This document shows positions 61,040-64,000 of a DNA stretch of 64,000 nt, in pieces. Position 1 is the stretch's first letter, and each line of letters starts with the position of its first letter. Both the position numbers and the translations under genes were made by a program. The notes below the pieces were generated by a model. The model made no database searches. It was given only the letters and a program-made list of their open reading frames with translations, and was not told the origin of the DNA. The stretch is from Candidatus Hodarchaeota archaeon (GTDB lineage Archaea; Asgardarchaeota; Lokiarchaeia; Sigyniarchaeales; SOKP01), in the NCBI GenBank assembly GCA_048886685.1, contig JBHLKM010000002.1, positions 71,532 to 135,531 of the forward strand, given 5' to 3'.

Positions 61040-61903
61040 TTGATAAGAATGGAAGATAAGAATAAGAAGCCCAATAATAATGAAAAACAACCATTTTCAA
61101 TAAGGATAAAAAATTATATTAAAAACCTATTAGATTTCTCACAGTATGATACAAAAACAATTCTCTATATCATTTTATTTATAGGTTTAATTGCAGCTTC
61201 TCTGGTCTTATTATATTTAATTTTTTTTGTTGATAGCACAATATTATATCGTTTTGTGGTGGAATTTCTTGTAAATCCTGTTTTTAACTTGGGTATTATC
61301 GGTATCTTTCTCTTTATAGTGATTATGGGTATTCAAGGACTTCTTGTTCCTCTCCCTTCTGAAATAGTATTATTAGCGACGGGAATGATTTGGGGGTGGT
61401 TTTTAGGAGGAATAATGGGAATTATTGGTTCCATGGCAGCTGGTTTATTATGTTACTATATTAGTAGGCGTGGTGGGCGACCTTTAGCAGAAAAATTTGT
61501 AGGAAACAAAGCAATTGATATTGCTGATGATTTCATCGGAAAACATGGCATGAAGGCAATAATAATTACAAGATTCATACCCTTTATACCTTTTGATGTG
61601 ATATCTTATACTTCAGGAATAGTAGATATAGATATAAAAAAATATACTATAGGCACTTTGATTGGTTCAATTTTTAGGGCTTTCTTCTATGCTACATTAG
61701 GAGCATTATTATTTATGAGATACAATCTCGATCTTCCACTTGATTTTGATACATTGCCATTGGATGTTATTATTGACCAATCGAATTATTTTAATATTAT
61801 CCTTTTAATTATTTTAGCAGCCTTAGGACTCATGATATTCTTCTATTATATATTGATTAAATCATTAGAAAAAAAAGAAATCAAGAAAGTAAATAAAATT
61901 TGA
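61040..61903 (+). CDS. TVP38/TMEM64 (DedA/VTT) family membrane protein
   Basis: PLPSEIV, GMIWG, RRGGRP, RFIPFIPFDVISY. Confidence 0.88.
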   Translation: MIRMEDKNKKPNNNEKQPFSIRIKNYIKNLLDFSQYDTKTILYIILFIGLIAASLVLLYLIFFVDSTILYRFVVEFLVNPVFNLGIIGIFLFIVIMGIQGLLVPLPSEIVLLATGMIWGWFLGGIMGIIGSMAAGLLCYYISRRGGRPLAEKFVGNKAIDIADDFIGKHGMKAIIITRFIPFIPFDVISYTSGIVDIDIKKYTIGTLIGSIFRAFFYATLGALLFMRYNLDLPLDFDTLPLDVIIDQSNYFNIILLIILAALGLMIFFYYILIKSLEKKEIKKVNKI

Positions 61904-62009
61904 GAAATCGTTTAATTCCTCAATAAATTATAGTAAATCCTCTCTTTGATTACTTGATATTATTGTGATATTATTACTTTTTTTAATAGTCATTTTAATA
62001 TCTTATCAC

Positions 62010-62186
62010 ATGAACGAAAAGGAAAAACCATCACAAGAAGTCTGGTTTAAAGGTCATTTAGAAATCAACTTATCTGAATTTTACAAGGAATTAAACAAAG
62101 CAATAGAACACAATAATTTGCAGTCCATCTATCAACTTTCAAAAATTATTACGAGATATCATTTTAAAAAATTAGATTACAACTAA
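62010..62186 (+). CDS. Hypothetical small protein (likely ATG 62010)
   Basis: 58-aa ORF MNEKEKPSQEVWFKGHLEINL... Confidence 0.5.
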   Translation: MNEKEKPSQEVWFKGHLEINLSEFYKELNKAIEHNNLQSIYQLSKIITRYHFKKLDYN

Positions 62187-62327
62187 AAATTTTAGAATCA
62201 ATTTTAGCAATTTCTTGTTGTTCGTTTCATTAATATAAAAATTTTGCTATTGAAGAAATTTTATATATCTGAAGACTATTTTTAGCTTAAAGGTATAAGA
62301 TATAATTATTGAGTGTTTAGATGTATT

Positions 62328-62585
62328 ATGAATCTTAGCGGAGACTATGAAAAGATTCTAGAGGATAACTTGAAAGATGAGCTAGAATGGCTGGAACAAG
62401 AATTTGAATTTTTGTTTCGACAGAAAAAACTGAAGCGTTGCTATACCAAAGACGACATTTCAATCGGAAACCAAATTTTGGATAATGTAATTGATAATAT
62501 TAAAACTAATAAAAGTGAAGAATTACTCAATTTGTTAGCTATTACTTTAAATAAGATTGAACAAAATTATCCAGAATTTTTTTAA
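62328..62585 (+). CDS. Hypothetical small acidic helical protein (likely ATG 62328)
   Basis: MNLSGDYEKILEDNLKDELEWL...YPEFF. Confidence 0.6.
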   Translation: MNLSGDYEKILEDNLKDELEWLEQEFEFLFRQKKLKRCYTKDDISIGNQILDNVIDNIKTNKSEELLNLLAITLNKIEQNYPEFF

Positions 62586-62779
62586 TTGAATTTAAATTTA
62601 CAAATTTAATATTCAATTAATACCCTATCTAATACGTTTGTTGAAGTAACTTCTTTTTCACATTTATTTAGGTTTATTGATTTAGTTAAATTAAAAGTAA
62701 ATTGAGAAACCAAAATTCTTTTAGAACAAGCAGTATATTTAAAAAGAGAGATTTAGTATTATTTATCATATAAACAGAA

Positions 62780-63883
62780 TTGTATTTTGAAATGGAAAGA
62801 ATTATATTAACTCACTGGAACAAACAAACTGGACCAGAACCAATCATACAATATCCTCCTGGAGCACCCTTTCCCCCAAAATCCCTACTCTTAAAGATAT
62901 GGGCTAAACATGAAGCAAAGAAAGAGGGTTCCATGATAGAATTTGCTCCTGAAGACAGTGAAAATAGTTTTATCTCTATCATACAAGAATTTGAAAACGA
63001 AACATATTTCTTAATCTTAGTCTATAAGCAAGAAAACATGATTAATAATAACCATTTAGGACAAGAATCTCCCGATATATTAGCTATTATGAGTAAAAAT
63101 TTAGTAGAATTAATTAATACAAATAAAATTACAAGAGCTGTGTCTGAAGCTTATACTACAATCAAAAATTACTCCAAATTGGATGAAGAAGAAAATTTGA
63201 TAAACTTTTTCCAAGATAAAATAAAAAATACAATCCTACAGATTCTTAGAAATGGGGTAATCTCTAAATCGGGCTTAACTAACAAATTACGGAATGATTA
63301 TGGCTTTTCAACTGTAAACATCGATTTAATCCTTATATCATTCTTACGGGAGAACTTAATAATTAAAGAGAATGTACCGGGAAGTAAAGAATGTTATTTT
63401 TTGATTAATGATCTATCATATGCCAGAATCCCACCTAAAAGTTTACTAACAGATAAAGATGATAGTATTCTTTCAAAAAAATATAAAGATTCACTAGAAA
63501 ATTTCTATTTTAATTATGACATTATATCAGATATAGAAAATAGAACAATAATTCAGACTGTTTTTTTGGATAAGGATGTGTTTTCTTTAATTAAAACTTT
63601 AAGAGAAGGGAGAATTTCTGTAAACGATAGCTTAACTATTTTAAATAATAAGCAAGAACTCTTAAATGAACTTTTAGAGAAAAAATTTATTTTTGAAGCC
63701 AAGGGATTTGTATATCTTTTTTCTGACGTCCGATTTATAAAATTTAAACCTTATTTCATAATCAAAAGATTAATGAAAAGATATAAAAACCAAGATATAT
63801 CTCTAAATGAATATCTAGCTCATTTAAAATTATTAACTGAGCAGATAAAAAGCCCTACTTCTATAGAATATGAAATAATATAA
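62780..63883 (+). CDS. Longin/uDENN-like N-terminal domain protein with probable winged-helix domains
   Basis: IILTHWNKQTGPEPIIQYPP fits the longin/uDENN beta1-GP-YP pattern; ILQILRNGVISKSGL...LRENLI looks like a winged helix. Confidence 0.65.
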   Translation: MYFEMERIILTHWNKQTGPEPIIQYPPGAPFPPKSLLLKIWAKHEAKKEGSMIEFAPEDSENSFISIIQEFENETYFLILVYKQENMINNNHLGQESPDILAIMSKNLVELINTNKITRAVSEAYTTIKNYSKLDEEENLINFFQDKIKNTILQILRNGVISKSGLTNKLRNDYGFSTVNIDLILISFLRENLIIKENVPGSKECYFLINDLSYARIPPKSLLTDKDDSILSKKYKDSLENFYFNYDIISDIENRTIIQTVFLDKDVFSLIKTLREGRISVNDSLTILNNKQELLNELLEKKFIFEAKGFVYLFSDVRFIKFKPYFIIKRLMKRYKNQDISLNEYLAHLKLLTEQIKSPTSIEYEII

Positions 63884-64000
63884 TCAGTATAAATATTCTA
63901 CTTATCTTCTTCAAATTATTTTAAAAGAAATAAAAGTATATATATCCAGAAATCTAATTTTCTAGCATTATTTTATAAATGATTTTCAAAATGAGGAATG

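Noticed and set aside
1-64000. CRISPR arrays, tRNA/rRNA genes, IS elements, integrases
   Set aside because: No periodic repeats, no GC-rich structured RNA islands and no transposase or integrase motifs seen by eye; a tRNAscan/Infernal run would be needed to exclude small RNAs

Overview
AT-rich archaeal chromosomal window (about 30% GC by eye), most likely from an Asgard archaeon (Lokiarchaeia/Promethearchaeota). The assignment rests on archaeal markers (NreA with a PIP box, AfpA-like flavoprotein, two MoeA paralogues, GGTGA/GAGGT Shine-Dalgarno motifs) together with eukaryotic-signature-type proteins (Rab-like GTPase, double roadblock, longin/uDENN-like protein, LRR-TPR protein, three MPN/JAB proteins). 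Housekeeping content: a tupABC-moaCADE-moeA-moaB-moeA tungsten/molybdenum cofactor operon, FTR1, iscS plus two iscU, copA, cysteine synthase, ppa, MoxR-vWA, a ChlI/ChlD-like AAA-vWA fusion and a CotH-VTC-DUF4956 module. I found no rRNA, tRNA, CRISPR or mobile element. Most notable: (1) a co-oriented, tightly linked pair of a catalytically intact MPN+ gene and a dead MPN- gene, both with long coiled-coil tails, plus a third MPN+ gene nearby, recalling eukaryotic Rpn11/Rpn8, CSN5/CSN6 and BRCC36/Abraxas pairs; (2) repeated evidence for non-AUG (ATA/ATT/ATC, possibly GTT) starts placed 6 nt after an SD motif; (3) unannotated micro-ORFs; (4) a shared 24-bp palindromic operator upstream of tupA and moaC; (5) a translationally coupled pair of coiled-coil plus winged-helix paralogues; (6) a possible nested metallochaperone in the copA tail. 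All calls are from motif recognition by eye; no searches were run.
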